Assembly: GCA_900551005.1 (NCBI GenBank)
Contig: URUL01000001.1
Coordinates: 246-64,245 of the forward strand
Length of the DNA stretch: 64,000 nt
Direction: 5' to 3'
Origin: an uncultured Ruminococcus sp.
GTDB lineage: Bacteria > Bacillota > Clostridia > Oscillospirales > CAG-272
Shown: positions 46,045 through 55,611 of the stretch, one piece after another
How positions within the stretch are numbered: the stretch's first letter is position 1
Layout of the letters: each line of letters begins with the position of its first letter
Notes under the pieces: model-generated
The model's input: only the letters and a program-made list of their open reading frames with translations
Database searches by the model: none
Told to the model about the DNA's origin: nothing
Made by a program: the position numbers and the translations under genes

Positions 46045-47226
46045 ATGACGGCAGAAAAAAAGCAAAAAGCAAAAAGCGGAATTTTCGGCTTTTTCAAAAT
46101 GCCCGAGAGCGAGCAGGTTACCATCTACCGTGCCAAGCACGGAATCGATATTCCGTTCCTTATCATCGTCATGCTTCTGCTCTGCTTTGGTTCTGTCATG
46201 ATTTTCTCCGCAAGCTATGTCTTTGCGGAAACAAAATACGGCGACAGCTTTTTTTTCATAAAAAAGCAGATCGTATGGATGACCGCCGGCATTATCGTCA
46301 TGCTGGTAGCATCCTGCGTCGATTATACCCTCATCAAAAAAGCCACGCTTCCCATCTTCGGCGTGAGCTATCTTCTGCTCCTCGCCGTCCCCTTCGTCGG
46401 CGAAAACTGGAGCGGTGCCACAAGATGGATAAAAATAGGTCCCATCGTCATTCAGCCGACGGAAATCATGAAGTTTGCGCTCGCTCTGCTTCTCGCCTAT
46501 TACATATCCATTGTTTCGACAAAGATAAAAACCTTTAAATACGGCATTCTTTTCCCCGCGCGCATCGTATGCGTCGTCTGCGGAACAACGGTTCTCGAGC
46601 GTCATATGTCGGGAACGATCATCATATTCCTCATCGGTGCCGTGATGATATTCGTTTCGGGCGCAAGCATAAAGTGGCTTGCCGCCATCGCAGGCACGGG
46701 TGCCGCCGCGGCGCTCTCGCTGATACTTTTTACCGATTACGCCAAATCGCGTATAGACGCATGGCTTCATCCCGAGGATTTTCGACTCGGCGGCGGCTGG
46801 CAGCCCTATCAGAGCCTTCTTGCCATCGGGAGCGGCGGACTCTTCGGCGTAGGACTCGGAAACAGCTACCAGAAGCATCTCTGGCTTCCGGAGCCGCAAA
46901 ACGATTTCATCTTCTCGATAGTCTGTGAGGAGCTCGGGCTCGTGGGTGCTATTGCCGTAATAGCGCTTTTCGTCGCGCTTATCTGGCGCGGATTCGTCAT
47001 AGCTATGAATGCACCGGATACATTTTCCTCCCTGCTCGTAATAGGATTGGTATGTAAGGTGGGGATACAGCTGCTGCTCAATATCGCCGTTGTCACCGTC
47101 AGCATACCGACAACGGGCATAGCGCTTCCGTTTTTCAGTTATGGCGGCAGTGCACTGATCATGCAGCTCGGTGAAATGGGCATTATTCTCTCCATATCAA
47201 AATACTCATCTCAGAAACCACTCTGA
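46045..47226 (+). CDS. ftsW: SEDS-family peptidoglycan glycosyltransferase FtsW/SpoVE
   Basis: 10-TM SEDS protein with GATRWIKIGPIVIQPTEIMKF, LPEPQNDFIFS and TGIALPFFSYGGSA. Confidence 0.9.
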   Translation: MTAEKKQKAKSGIFGFFKMPESEQVTIYRAKHGIDIPFLIIVMLLLCFGSVMIFSASYVFAETKYGDSFFFIKKQIVWMTAGIIVMLVASCVDYTLIKKATLPIFGVSYLLLLAVPFVGENWSGATRWIKIGPIVIQPTEIMKFALALLLAYYISIVSTKIKTFKYGILFPARIVCVVCGTTVLERHMSGTIIIFLIGAVMIFVSGASIKWLAAIAGTGAAAALSLILFTDYAKSRIDAWLHPEDFRLGGGWQPYQSLLAIGSGGLFGVGLGNSYQKHLWLPEPQNDFIFSIVCEELGLVGAIAVIALFVALIWRGFVIAMNAPDTFSSLLVIGLVCKVGIQLLLNIAVVTVSIPTTGIALPFFSYGGSALIMQLGEMGIILSISKYSSQKPL

Positions 47227-47242
47227 TCATAAGGAGGCAAAA

Positions 47243-48382
47243 ATGAAGGTTCTTCTCTCCGGTGGAGGCACGGCAGGCCATGTAAATCCCGCTCTCGCCA
47301 TAGCCGATCTGATAAAGGCGCACGACAAGCGTGCCGAGATAGCTTTTGTAGGAACAAAAAAAGGGATAGAAAACCGCCTTTGCGAAAAGGCGGGCTATCC
47401 TATTTATCATATAGAAGTAAAAGGGCTGAAAAGAAGCCTCTCTCTCTCAAATATAAAGACGGCATACTACTATTTCACCGCGCCGAAAAAGGCAAAGAAG
47501 CTGCTCCTCGAATATAAGCCGGATATCGTCATAGGAACGGGCGGCTTTGTATGCTGGCCGCTTCTCTCGGCGGCGACAAAGCTCGGCATACCGACGGCTC
47601 TCCATGAGTCAAATGCTATTCCCGGCAAGGCTGTAAAGATGCTCGCCGACAAGGTGGACAGGATATATGTGAATTTCGCCTCTACCATGGAATATTTCGC
47701 GGATAAAAGCAAGGTCCTTTTCGTCGGCAATCCCATGATGCAGAAGAGCACGGCGAAAATTCCCGAAAATATACGCGAAATACTGAATATCCCCGAGGGT
47801 ACGGAAAAAATCCTGCTCTCCTTCGGAGGCAGTCTCGGCGCCGCCCGCCTCAACAGCGAAATCATCGCGCTGATGAAGAATTTTTCCTCCGTTCATCCGG
47901 AGGTCTTTCATATTCACGCCACGGGCAGCAGTTCTCATGAGGAAACGGTTGCCGCCTTTCGTGCCGCAGGACTGGAGGACTGTCGGAATCTCCGCCTGAC
48001 GGAATATATATACGATATGCCCTACTGGGAAAGGCTTTCCGATGCCGTCATCTGCCGTGCAGGCGCTATGACTGTTTCCGAGATGGCACTTCAGAAGAAG
48101 GCTTGCATCCTCATCCCGTCGCCGAATGTGGCAAACAACCATCAGTACGAAAATGCAAAGCGTCTCGCCGATGCAAACGCCGCGATCATGATAGAAGAAA
48201 AGCATCTCTGTACCGATATGCTCGAAAAATGCGTTTGCGATATTCTCTACGACCGTGAAAAAGCCTCGGCAATGCGCGAAAATATCGCCGCATTTGCAAA
48301 AACGGATGCAAACGAGCTTATTTGGCGTGATATAAAAATACTTCTCAGCCGTGATATCATGAAGCTCCTTGAGAGTAAATGA
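47243..48382 (+). CDS. murG: UDP-N-acetylglucosamine--N-acetylmuramyl-(pentapeptide) pyrophosphoryl-undecaprenol GlcNAc transferase MurG
   Basis: MKVLLSGGGTAGHVNPALAIAD at the ATG at 47243 (after AAGGAGG), and the C-terminal RAGAMTVSE...PSPNVANNHQ..NA. The ORF-track start at 47171 overlaps ftsW and adds non-homologous residues. Confidence 0.93.
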   Translation: MKVLLSGGGTAGHVNPALAIADLIKAHDKRAEIAFVGTKKGIENRLCEKAGYPIYHIEVKGLKRSLSLSNIKTAYYYFTAPKKAKKLLLEYKPDIVIGTGGFVCWPLLSAATKLGIPTALHESNAIPGKAVKMLADKVDRIYVNFASTMEYFADKSKVLFVGNPMMQKSTAKIPENIREILNIPEGTEKILLSFGGSLGAARLNSEIIALMKNFSSVHPEVFHIHATGSSSHEETVAAFRAAGLEDCRNLRLTEYIYDMPYWERLSDAVICRAGAMTVSEMALQKKACILIPSPNVANNHQYENAKRLADANAAIMIEEKHLCTDMLEKCVCDILYDREKASAMRENIAAFAKTDANELIWRDIKILLSRDIMKLLESK

Positions 48383-48414
48383 TCTTTATATTTCACAGAG
48401 TTCAGGAGTAAAAA

Positions 48415-49203
48415 ATGACAAATACAAATAAAACGCCGGAGATGACACGCCTGCGCAAAACTCACCGCCTGCTCCGGCTTATCTTCATAGCGACGGTGAT
48501 CATCTTCACGGTGTGGTTTTTCGGCTTCTGCCGCATAAGAGAAATAGATGTGAGCGGTCTCTCTTACTGCCAGAGCGAAAAAATAATTGAGGACAGCGGC
48601 ATAAAGCTCGGCTCACATACATATGCCGTAAATAAGGACAAGATCGCTGAGAAGATCAAGCAGAATAATATTTACGTGCGTTCCGTCACGATACGCCGTT
48701 CCCTTCCGAAAAAGCTTCATATCATCATAGAGGAATATGCGCCCGCATTCTCAGTTGAAATGGAAGGCATGTTTTTCATTCTCTCGGACAAGCTGACACT
48801 GCTCGAGGTCACAGACAATATCGACAGTTCCTTTTATGCGAATACCGCGAAACTATCCCTGTCGGGCGTCAAAGGCTTTGAGCTCGGCAAAGCCATCATA
48901 TTTGAAGAGGAAGACAGCTACGATTTCTGTCTCGACATCATAGGTCATATACTCGCGTCTCCGATAGGCGAAAAGCTGAGCGAAATCGATCTGCGCGAAA
49001 AATTTGATATTCATATTCTGTATATTAATATTTATACAATTGTATTACCCTCATGGCGCACCATCGATTCTGATTTATCCTTATGTATAAAGTTGATAAA
49101 CAAGCTGGAAAATGACAGCTATTACGCCGGTGTAACGGGAAACATACGCGTGATTTCGGACGACAAAGTATCATTTCAGCCGACAGGAAAACTCGGAGAA
49201 TAA
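48415..49203 (+). CDS. ftsQ: Cell-division protein FtsQ/DivIB (POTRA domain)
   Basis: A TM anchor (LIFIATVIIFTVWFFGF) followed by a POTRA-like RIREIDVSGLSYCQSEKIIEDSGIKLGSH...VRSVTIRRSLPKKLHIIIEE. Confidence 0.8.
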   Translation: MTNTNKTPEMTRLRKTHRLLRLIFIATVIIFTVWFFGFCRIREIDVSGLSYCQSEKIIEDSGIKLGSHTYAVNKDKIAEKIKQNNIYVRSVTIRRSLPKKLHIIIEEYAPAFSVEMEGMFFILSDKLTLLEVTDNIDSSFYANTAKLSLSGVKGFELGKAIIFEEEDSYDFCLDIIGHILASPIGEKLSEIDLREKFDIHILYINIYTIVLPSWRTIDSDLSLCIKLINKLENDSYYAGVTGNIRVISDDKVSFQPTGKLGE

Positions 49204-49306
49204 TATTTTTTGCCGAAAATTTTCTCAGATTTTTTGATTTTTTTCAAAATTCGTGAAATTTTCGGTAATTTTTTTAATTTTTTATCAAGTTTTTTTAAAA
49301 AACATC

Positions 49307-49335
49307 TTGAAAATAATCAAAAAACATATTACAAT
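49307..49335 (+). promoter_or_regulatory. Candidate promoter for ftsZ
   Basis: TTGAAA (49307-49312), a 17-nt spacer, then TACAAT (49330-49335), in a T-rich 174-nt ftsQ-ftsZ spacer. Confidence 0.45.
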
Positions 49336-49377
49336 AGAATCGTATATCTCTGATTAAAATCTAAGGAGGATTATAAA

Positions 49378-50541
49378 ATGGGTTTTGAATTCAATTCGGA
49401 TTACGAAAGCGGCGTAAATATAAAAGTCATCGGCGTCGGCGGCGGTGGCGGTAACGCCGTAAACCGCATGATAGAATCAAATATACAAGGTGTTGAATTT
49501 ATCACGGTAAACTGCGATAAGCAGGTTCTTCTCAAATCAAGCGCTCCCACAAAAATAGCGATCGGTGAGAAGATCACAAAGGGCCACGGTGCAGGTGCCA
49601 ACCCCGCAGTAGGCGAGCAGGCAGCTCAGGAGAGCCTTGAAGAGATCGCCGATGTCATCCGCGGTGCCGATATGGTATTTATCACAGTCGGCATGGGTGG
49701 CGGCACAGGTACCGGTGCGGCTCCCGTTGTTGCCAAGGTGGCAAAGGAGATGGGCATACTCACGATCGGTATCGTTACAAAGCCGTTTGCTTTTGAGGGC
49801 AGAAAGCGCATGATCCAGGCTGAGGCGGGTATCGTTCAGCTCCGCGACTATGTAGACTCTCTCGTTATCATTCCCAATGAGAGACTCAAGCAGATCTCCG
49901 AAAACAGGATCACTCTCGTAAACGCATTCCAGTATGCAGATGATGTTCTCCGTCACGGCGTACAGAGCGTTTCCGACCTTATCAATATTCCCGGACTTGT
50001 AAACCTTGACTTCGCGGATGTATCTTCCGTCATGCGTGATGCAGGCTATGCTCATATGGGCGTAGGCGAAGGCACGGGCAGAGACAAGGCAGAAGTTGCA
50101 GCCAAGGCGGCTATGTCCAGCCCTCTTCTCGAGACGACCATCTCCGGTGCTACCGGTATTCTGATCAATATCACATCAGGCCCCGATATCAGCCTTGAGG
50201 AAATCGAGACAGCTTCCTCCATGATTGCAAATGAGGCTCATCCCGATGCAAATATCATTTGGGGTACCGCACTTGACAACGAGCTTGAGGACACAATGAA
50301 GATCACGGTTATCGCTACAGGATTCAAGGCAGAGGACGGCAAGACCATGACTCCCGGAAAGGCAGCTGCTTCCGGAAAGGCCGCCGGCGACACGGCAAAG
50401 AAATCACCTTTTGCAACACAGACGGCAGCTCCCAAGAAGGAAGAAGCTCCCAAAAAGGTTGCAACAGATGAAGAAGCCACGATCATTTCCGACAGTGATT
50501 TTGATGATATCATGGCTATTCTTCGCAAGAACAGAGGCTGA
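49378..50541 (+). CDS. ftsZ: Cell-division GTPase FtsZ
   Basis: [17 protein letters not shown], the tubulin signature [20 protein letters not shown], and a C-terminal conserved peptide [11 protein letters not shown]. Confidence 0.97.
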   Translation: MGFEFNSDYESGVNIKVIGVGGGGGNAVNRMIESNIQGVEFITVNCDKQVLLKSSAPTKIAIGEKITKGHGAGANPAVGEQAAQESLEEIADVIRGADMVFITVGMGGGTGTGAAPVVAKVAKEMGILTIGIVTKPFAFEGRKRMIQAEAGIVQLRDYVDSLVIIPNERLKQISENRITLVNAFQYADDVLRHGVQSVSDLINIPGLVNLDFADVSSVMRDAGYAHMGVGEGTGRDKAEVAAKAAMSSPLLETTISGATGILINITSGPDISLEEIETASSMIANEAHPDANIIWGTALDNELEDTMKITVIATGFKAEDGKTMTPGKAAASGKAAGDTAKKSPFATQTAAPKKEEAPKKVATDEEATIISDSDFDDIMAILRKNRG

Positions 50542-50752
50542 TTTTACATAGTAAAGATATGACATGTGCGGCGGTAGCCTTTGCTTCCGCCGCAATTTTT
50601 ATGCTTTCCGATGTCCGCATATCCGGAAATATTTATGCGAAAACTGCAATATTATAAAAGCCGCACCGTTTTTCAAAAATTTTTCTGCGAAAAACGCAGT
50701 TTTTTCTATATATAATCTATATATAAAAAGATCAGAAAGGAGTATTTTGAGA

Positions 50753-51301
50753 ATGAGCATTTCCTCGTTTCTTTCATCCAAACTTGAAATGGATATCAGA
50801 AAGCTTGCCGCCGGAGATATAAATGCATTACATGATATATATGAGCAAACAAAAGATTCCGTTTTCATTTTTTCTCTGCGCAAGCTCAGAAACCGCTCGA
50901 GCGCAGAGGATGCCATGCAGGAGACTTATCTGCGCATAGCAAAATGCGCACCTGCATACCGTCCGGGAACGAACGCCCGCGCATGGATATTCGGAATCTG
51001 CAGAAATATATGCCGCGACATGCTGAAAGTTCCTCTTTGCAGTGATATAGATGAGCTTGAAGCAGAGCCGGGAGAAGCGGATTTCTCCGATATGCTGATT
51101 GAGAACGAAGATATAAAGCGCGCATTTTCAAGATTGGAAAAAGATGAATTTGAAATAGTCATGCTGCATATATACAGCGACATGAAGCTGACCGATATAT
51201 CGGAATTTATCGGCATGAAGTATAACAGCGTGCGTTCAAAATACAGATATGCCACAAAGAAGCTGAAAGCCGAACTCGGCAAATCATATATGAGGAGGTG
51301 A
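50753..51301 (+). CDS. ECF-type RNA polymerase sigma factor
   Basis: Region 2 (AEDAMQETYLRIAKCAPAY...ARAWIFGICRNICRD) and region 4 (EFEIVMLHIYSDMKLTDISEFIGMKYNSVRSKYRYATKKLK). The ATG at 50753 follows AGAAAGGAG. The ORF-track start at 50564 adds 63 implausible residues. Confidence 0.85.
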   Translation: MSISSFLSSKLEMDIRKLAAGDINALHDIYEQTKDSVFIFSLRKLRNRSSAEDAMQETYLRIAKCAPAYRPGTNARAWIFGICRNICRDMLKVPLCSDIDELEAEPGEADFSDMLIENEDIKRAFSRLEKDEFEIVMLHIYSDMKLTDISEFIGMKYNSVRSKYRYATKKLKAELGKSYMRR

Positions 51302-52491
51302 AGAATATGAATAAATTTGAGAAATTTCTGAAAAGTGCCATTGATAAGAAGGCTCCTGAAAATTGGGGGAAAATAGAAGCCGCCGCAAAAGAAAACATGC
51401 CTCGGCAGGAAAGGAAAAAGAAAAATTTCAAATTTGTATATTCTCCCGCTTCACTCGTGATATGTGCCGTCATCGTCGTAGCCGCGATAGCGCTCGTGCC
51501 GCAGATAGACAGGATCTTCCATCCCGTATCGGTATCGACAACAACGGCATCTGTCACGGTCAACTCTTCTTCTGACTTGAGCGGCGATACAGAAAGTATA
51601 TCGTCCGTCTCCGATCCGATAAGCACGACCGCGACGACGACGGCGACAACGACGATGACGACGACGGCGGCAACGACGATGACGACGACGGCGGCAACGA
51701 CGATGACGACGACGGCGGCAACGAAATCAAGCACCCCTGCCATGACCAACATCGAAACTACATCTGATATAGAAACCGCAGTTACTTCAACAAAGGCGCC
51801 AGAATACATCTATGAGATACGCTATTCCGACTTTGAAAATGTATACGGAAGCTATACCGTTAAATACAAATTCTATACGAACGATTCTGTAAAAGGAAAA
51901 ATGGAAATAGTCGGCATCACCGTCAATTCCGGCTCGGAATTCTTGCTCGAATGTGCTTTTATTCTCGAGGGTGAGAGCGTCAGCCTGCCCGCGGAAATCT
52001 TCATCGAAAACAAAACCGGCGCGCCTCTGAAAAAACTCATTTTCGCCGAGGGAATAAAATCGGTTTTCGCCGAGGTAAGCGATGGCGCGGAAAGTATATA
52101 TATCCCCGCCTCGCTTGAAAATATCAATCCCTCGCATAAGTCGTCGGGAACATCTGTATTCTTTGCCGACAATCTCACGCGCATCGATGTGAGCGGCGAA
52201 AGCAACACCTACGCAAGTGAAAACGGCGTGCTCTTCTCAAAAGATAAACTCTCGCTTATCCGTTTCCCTGCCGCCCATGCGGAAAAGAACTATAGGATAC
52301 CCACAGGCACGGAAGATGTGGCAACATATGCTTTCCTCGGCGCCGATCTTGAATCCCTCACCGTACCCGAGAGCGTCTCCTATTTGTATCTCGAAAATCT
52401 GCGTATAAACAAGCTCTGTCTCCCTGCGACATATGTAAAAATCAGCTGGGGAGAAAATTCGGACGTGGAAGAGATCATAGCGGAAGAATAA
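51298..52491 (+). CDS. Membrane-anchored anti-sigma-like protein with a Thr-rich repeat linker and an extracellular BspA-type leucine-rich-repeat domain
   Basis: It overlaps the sigma-factor stop (GTGA). It has a short cytoplasmic N-terminus, one TM (LVICAVIVVAAIALV), a Thr/Ala/Met repeat linker and a C-terminal LRR_5-like pattern (IYIPASLENI...FADNLTRIDVSGESNTYASENGVLFSKDKLSLIRFP...IPTGTEDVATYAFLGADLESLTVPESVSYL). Confidence 0.75.
   Translation: MKNMNKFEKFLKSAIDKKAPENWGKIEAAAKENMPRQERKKKNFKFVYSPASLVICAVIVVAAIALVPQIDRIFHPVSVSTTTASVTVNSSSDLSGDTESISSVSDPISTTATTTATTTMTTTAATTMTTTAATTMTTTAATKSSTPAMTNIETTSDIETAVTSTKAPEYIYEIRYSDFENVYGSYTVKYKFYTNDSVKGKMEIVGITVNSGSEFLLECAFILEGESVSLPAEIFIENKTGAPLKKLIFAEGIKSVFAEVSDGAESIYIPASLENINPSHKSSGTSVFFADNLTRIDVSGESNTYASENGVLFSKDKLSLIRFPAAHAEKNYRIPTGTEDVATYAFLGADLESLTVPESVSYLYLENLRINKLCLPATYVKISWGENSDVEEIIAEE
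51649..51720 (+). repeat. Perfect 3 x 24-nt tandem repeat inside the anti-sigma-like gene
   Basis: ACGACGATGACGACGACGGCGGCA occurs at 51649-51672, 51673-51696 and 51697-51720, encoding (TTMTTTAA)x3. It is flanked by degenerate copies. Confidence 0.95.
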
Positions 52492-52827
52492 ACAATACCT
52501 ATTTGATATTATAATTCAATATATTTGTAAGCAATTACTGTTTATTCTGCCAATTTCCAAATATAGAAATTTATGATATGATTATTAAAAAGTTGATTAT
52601 TGAGGGATATTCATGGAAAAAAGCAAAAACAGATCCTTCGATATCTTAGATCTGACGACAAGACTCCGCACATTGACAAAATAAGAACAAAATCCCCAAC
52701 CCGTATGTTGCATTTTTGATTTCCGAATGAATAAATCCCGACAAAAACAGCATAAAGTATACCGTTGACAAATAATATATTTTAAGCATAATTATTATAT
52801 TAACATTCAATTTGTAAGGGATATCTT

Positions 52828-53328
52828 ATGGAAAATAAGAAAACTGTTTCAAAATCTCTTTTTGCTATCGTCGTGGTCGCGCTTGCTATTCTGCTCGTAG
52901 CATCGGTTTGTTTTTGTGTATATTCCCACAGGCAGTATCAGGACGCTCAGCGATGCATCGAATCATATCAGAAAAAGGCTTTAAGGAACATTTTTTTGCA
53001 TATGTCTGACCCTTCCCAGCTTTCCGACGAAGCTAAAGATTCATACTGCTTTGAGAAGCGAAGAGACCTCGATATAGTCATGGATTTGTATTCATGGGAT
53101 ATTCAGTCTGATTTTACCACATTCACAAATCCCGATTTATATGGTGTAATCTCCCCGCTCGTAATTATTTTTAATTCCGATGCACGGCAGCAGATGGATG
53201 CGGAGACAGTGAATATGCTCCGTGAATACGGCGAACATATTCTGAAGCCGAGTGGCGTCTCAAACCCGCTTTCGTTTGAGCTTAGCGACCTATATGCAAG
53301 ACTTCAGGAGTTAAGGAAAGTACAATAA
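52828..53328 (+). CDS. Hypothetical N-terminally anchored protein
   Basis: 166-aa ORF with one TM (LFAIVVVALAILLVASVCFCVY), in an AT-rich gene-poor islet. No recognisable motif. Confidence 0.6.
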   Translation: MENKKTVSKSLFAIVVVALAILLVASVCFCVYSHRQYQDAQRCIESYQKKALRNIFLHMSDPSQLSDEAKDSYCFEKRRDLDIVMDLYSWDIQSDFTTFTNPDLYGVISPLVIIFNSDARQQMDAETVNMLREYGEHILKPSGVSNPLSFELSDLYARLQELRKVQ

Positions 53329-53398
53329 AACAGCAAATATAAAAAACCGAAAAGGACTGCCGCAGCAGCCCTTTTCGACTTTTTATACAGGCGTATAA

Positions 53399-54382
53399 CT
53401 ATCTCTCTCCCCTTGCCAGCTTCTGGCTTCTGATATCCTTTCCCGAGAAAAGTATCAGTTCAAATTCTCCGAAGATGCGCGAGGTTATGCGGTCGGCATA
53501 GCGTGAGAAAAGCTCTTCCTTTTTGATATTTGTGCTGATTATCATGCTCTTCTCGCCTATCAGGCGGGCATTGAGCAGATTATAGAGCGTAGCCACGGTG
53601 AACTGATTGGAAACCTCTGTGCCGAGGTCGTCTATTATCAAAAGCTCGCAGTCAAAGTAGCGTGCTGTTCTCGATTCTCCGTCCTGCGCCTGATATCCTC
53701 TGCCAAACCGCTCGTATTCAAAATCATTGAATATATTGCTCGCCGTCTCATAAACGACATCATAGCCGCGGTCGATCACCGTCTTTGCTATGGCGCTGGA
53801 AAGATGAGTCTTGCCTAAACCTGTAGTCCCCATGAAAAGCAGATTGCGCGTCTTTTCATCGCCGAAGCTCACGGCAAAATTCTTTGCCGTAGCAAGCGCG
53901 TGCTCCATATTTTTCCGTTCTGCCCCGCTGTAGTAGCTCAGGTCAAAATTTTCAAAGCTCTGCTTCGAGATAAGATTGCCTATGCCCGAGCTTTCATATC
54001 CGGCAAGAACGAGCGCACGTCTCATGCATTTGCACATGACTCCGTTTATCATGCCCGTATCCATGCACTCCGGGCAATCATAGTGAACATCGCTGTAGTC
54101 CTCCGGCACACCCTTTGACAGAAGAATGTCACGGCGAGCGCAAAGAAGCTCTTCATTATCCTTATTCAGTGCATTGATGCGTTCCGCCAGCGTTGCGGGA
54201 TCGCCTTTTGCCGCCTGCATTAACTTCAGCCCGGTCATCGCGAGTTCATTATCGATGCTTGCTATCTCGGGAAAACGCGCATGGAGCACCTTTTTTCTGC
54301 GCTCCGCATCCTCCTTGGCACGCAGATTTTTTGTCATATACTCCTCGGAAATCCGCTTGAAATTCGCTTTATTGTAGCTCAT
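53399..54382 (-). CDS. dnaI: DnaI/DnaC-like helicase loader (IstB-type AAA+ ATPase)
   Basis: It has an N-terminal Cys-rich module (DCPECMDTGMINGVMCKCM), Walker A GTTGLGKTHL and Walker B LLIIDDLG. It is paired with the DnaD-domain gene upstream. Confidence 0.8.
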   Translation of the reverse strand: MSYNKANFKRISEEYMTKNLRAKEDAERRKKVLHARFPEIASIDNELAMTGLKLMQAAKGDPATLAERINALNKDNEELLCARRDILLSKGVPEDYSDVHYDCPECMDTGMINGVMCKCMRRALVLAGYESSGIGNLISKQSFENFDLSYYSGAERKNMEHALATAKNFAVSFGDEKTRNLLFMGTTGLGKTHLSSAIAKTVIDRGYDVVYETASNIFNDFEYERFGRGYQAQDGESRTARYFDCELLIIDDLGTEVSNQFTVATLYNLLNARLIGEKSMIISTNIKKEELFSRYADRITSRIFGEFELILFSGKDIRSQKLARGER

Positions 54383-54385
54383 GTC

Positions 54386-55360
54386 TTACTTTCCTCCTGC
54401 ACCGCGCGAAGCGGCAAGATTGAAAAATTCGTCCAAATCAAAACCTGCGCCGCTCCCGGCTGCGGGCTTTTTCTTATCGGTCTTTTCATATTCGGCGACA
54501 GCCTCGGGGGTACTCAGGCCCGCCGCATGCCAATCCGTTAGAAGCTTATTTTCATAAGAAAATGACGGGCGCGTGACCTTCGGGCTTTTCATCATCTTTT
54601 CATAGCCGTATTCTATCAGCTCAAATGACATGCCCATCTTTACCCAGTTTTCCAGACATTCCTTCTCGGTCTTTATGAGAGCGCGCTCGCCTATCCCGAA
54701 AAGGGTTCGGATCTTATATTCCAAAGAGCGCTTCTCGTCCTCCCGCTTGATATATTCCTCCAGTGACGCAACGGTATTTATGCCCTTGTCATAGAGCCCT
54801 ATCGCTGTCTGCTCTATATATCGAAGAGAGCCTTTGCCTATCTTCACGCAATATGAGATGAGAAGCAGAATGTATTCGTTATCAAGACGCAGATGATCGG
54901 AGAGATAAACGATGATCTTTGTTTCGGACGGTGTCAGACTTCCCTTTCCGAGGAGTGTCTGCGCCATCTCCGCCGTCTCCCTCAGTCTGCCGTTTTCGGC
55001 AAATATGCGTTCAACATCATTTCCGGTATAGGCCTGCGCAGACGGCTCATCGGGCTGTTCGCTCTTTTTGCTTTTACGCACCTGACGGTTGCGGGTAGTT
55101 GCTACAGTTTTCGTCTCATCATCACCTATTTCGATAATGCCCGTACCGCGCCAAAAGGAGATAGCAGCCTCCACATCGCCCTCGGGAATGCCCAGCGTAT
55201 CCGAAATCTCCTCGGACGAGCCGCAGACACCGCTCGCGGCGGCAATGAGGACACGAAGCTCGTCGCCCGATGCTTTTTCGATATGATTTGCCGTTTCTCC
55301 CGGCAGATTTATGACAGAACTGCCGAATAAAAGCTTGAGTTTCAAGTTCGTTCCCTCCAT
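54386..55360 (-). CDS. DnaD/DnaB-domain replication initiation and membrane attachment protein
   Basis: 324 aa. The C-terminal half matches the DnaB_2/DnaD repeat (LSPSETKIIVYLSDHLRLDNEYILLLISYC...SLRYIEQTAIGLYDKGI ... ENWVKMGMSFELIEYGYEKM...SFSYENKLLTDWHAAGL). Confidence 0.75.
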   Translation of the reverse strand: MEGTNLKLKLLFGSSVINLPGETANHIEKASGDELRVLIAAASGVCGSSEEISDTLGIPEGDVEAAISFWRGTGIIEIGDDETKTVATTRNRQVRKSKKSEQPDEPSAQAYTGNDVERIFAENGRLRETAEMAQTLLGKGSLTPSETKIIVYLSDHLRLDNEYILLLISYCVKIGKGSLRYIEQTAIGLYDKGINTVASLEEYIKREDEKRSLEYKIRTLFGIGERALIKTEKECLENWVKMGMSFELIEYGYEKMMKSPKVTRPSFSYENKLLTDWHAAGLSTPEAVAEYEKTDKKKPAAGSGAGFDLDEFFNLAASRGAGGK

Positions 55361-55458
55361 GATACGCTTTGTTTATTAGAATAAAATTAAAATTCTGAAA
55401 TGGCGAATAAAAATTCCCGTGTCCGGAGAAAATAATGAGTTAAAGATCGGAAAATGAG

Positions 55459-55611
55459 TTTTCCACAGGGCTTTTCAGGAAAAAATCCCCGCACTTCTCC
55501 ACACAGTCCACAGGTTTTTCCACAGCATTTCGGAAAAAAATGGCTACAGAAGCTGATTTTGCCGTTTTTCGCCTAAACTTATTAACAGAACAATCCACAG
55601 ACTGTGGAAAA
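55459..55611. promoter_or_regulatory. DnaA-box-like cluster upstream of the dnaD-like gene
   Basis: The boxes are TTTTCCACA at 55459-55467, TTCTCCACA at 55495-55503, CAGTCCACA at 55504-55512 (weak), TTTTCCACA at 55516-55524, CAATCCACA at 55591-55599 and an inverted TGTGGAAAA at 55603-55611. The last two form the palindrome TCCACAGACTGTGGA. The consensus DnaA box is TTATCCACA. An AT-rich tract follows at ~55621-55740. Confidence 0.6.

Noticed and set aside
45643-46899. 418-aa minus-strand ORF
   Set aside because: It is antisense to mraY and ftsW. Its charged low-complexity translation is incompatible with the clear membrane-protein genes on the plus strand.
51649-51720. The 24-nt tandem repeat considered as a possible CRISPR or minisatellite element
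   Set aside because: The units are directly adjacent with no spacers. They are in frame within a coding region and encode a Thr-rich linker. No cas genes are nearby.
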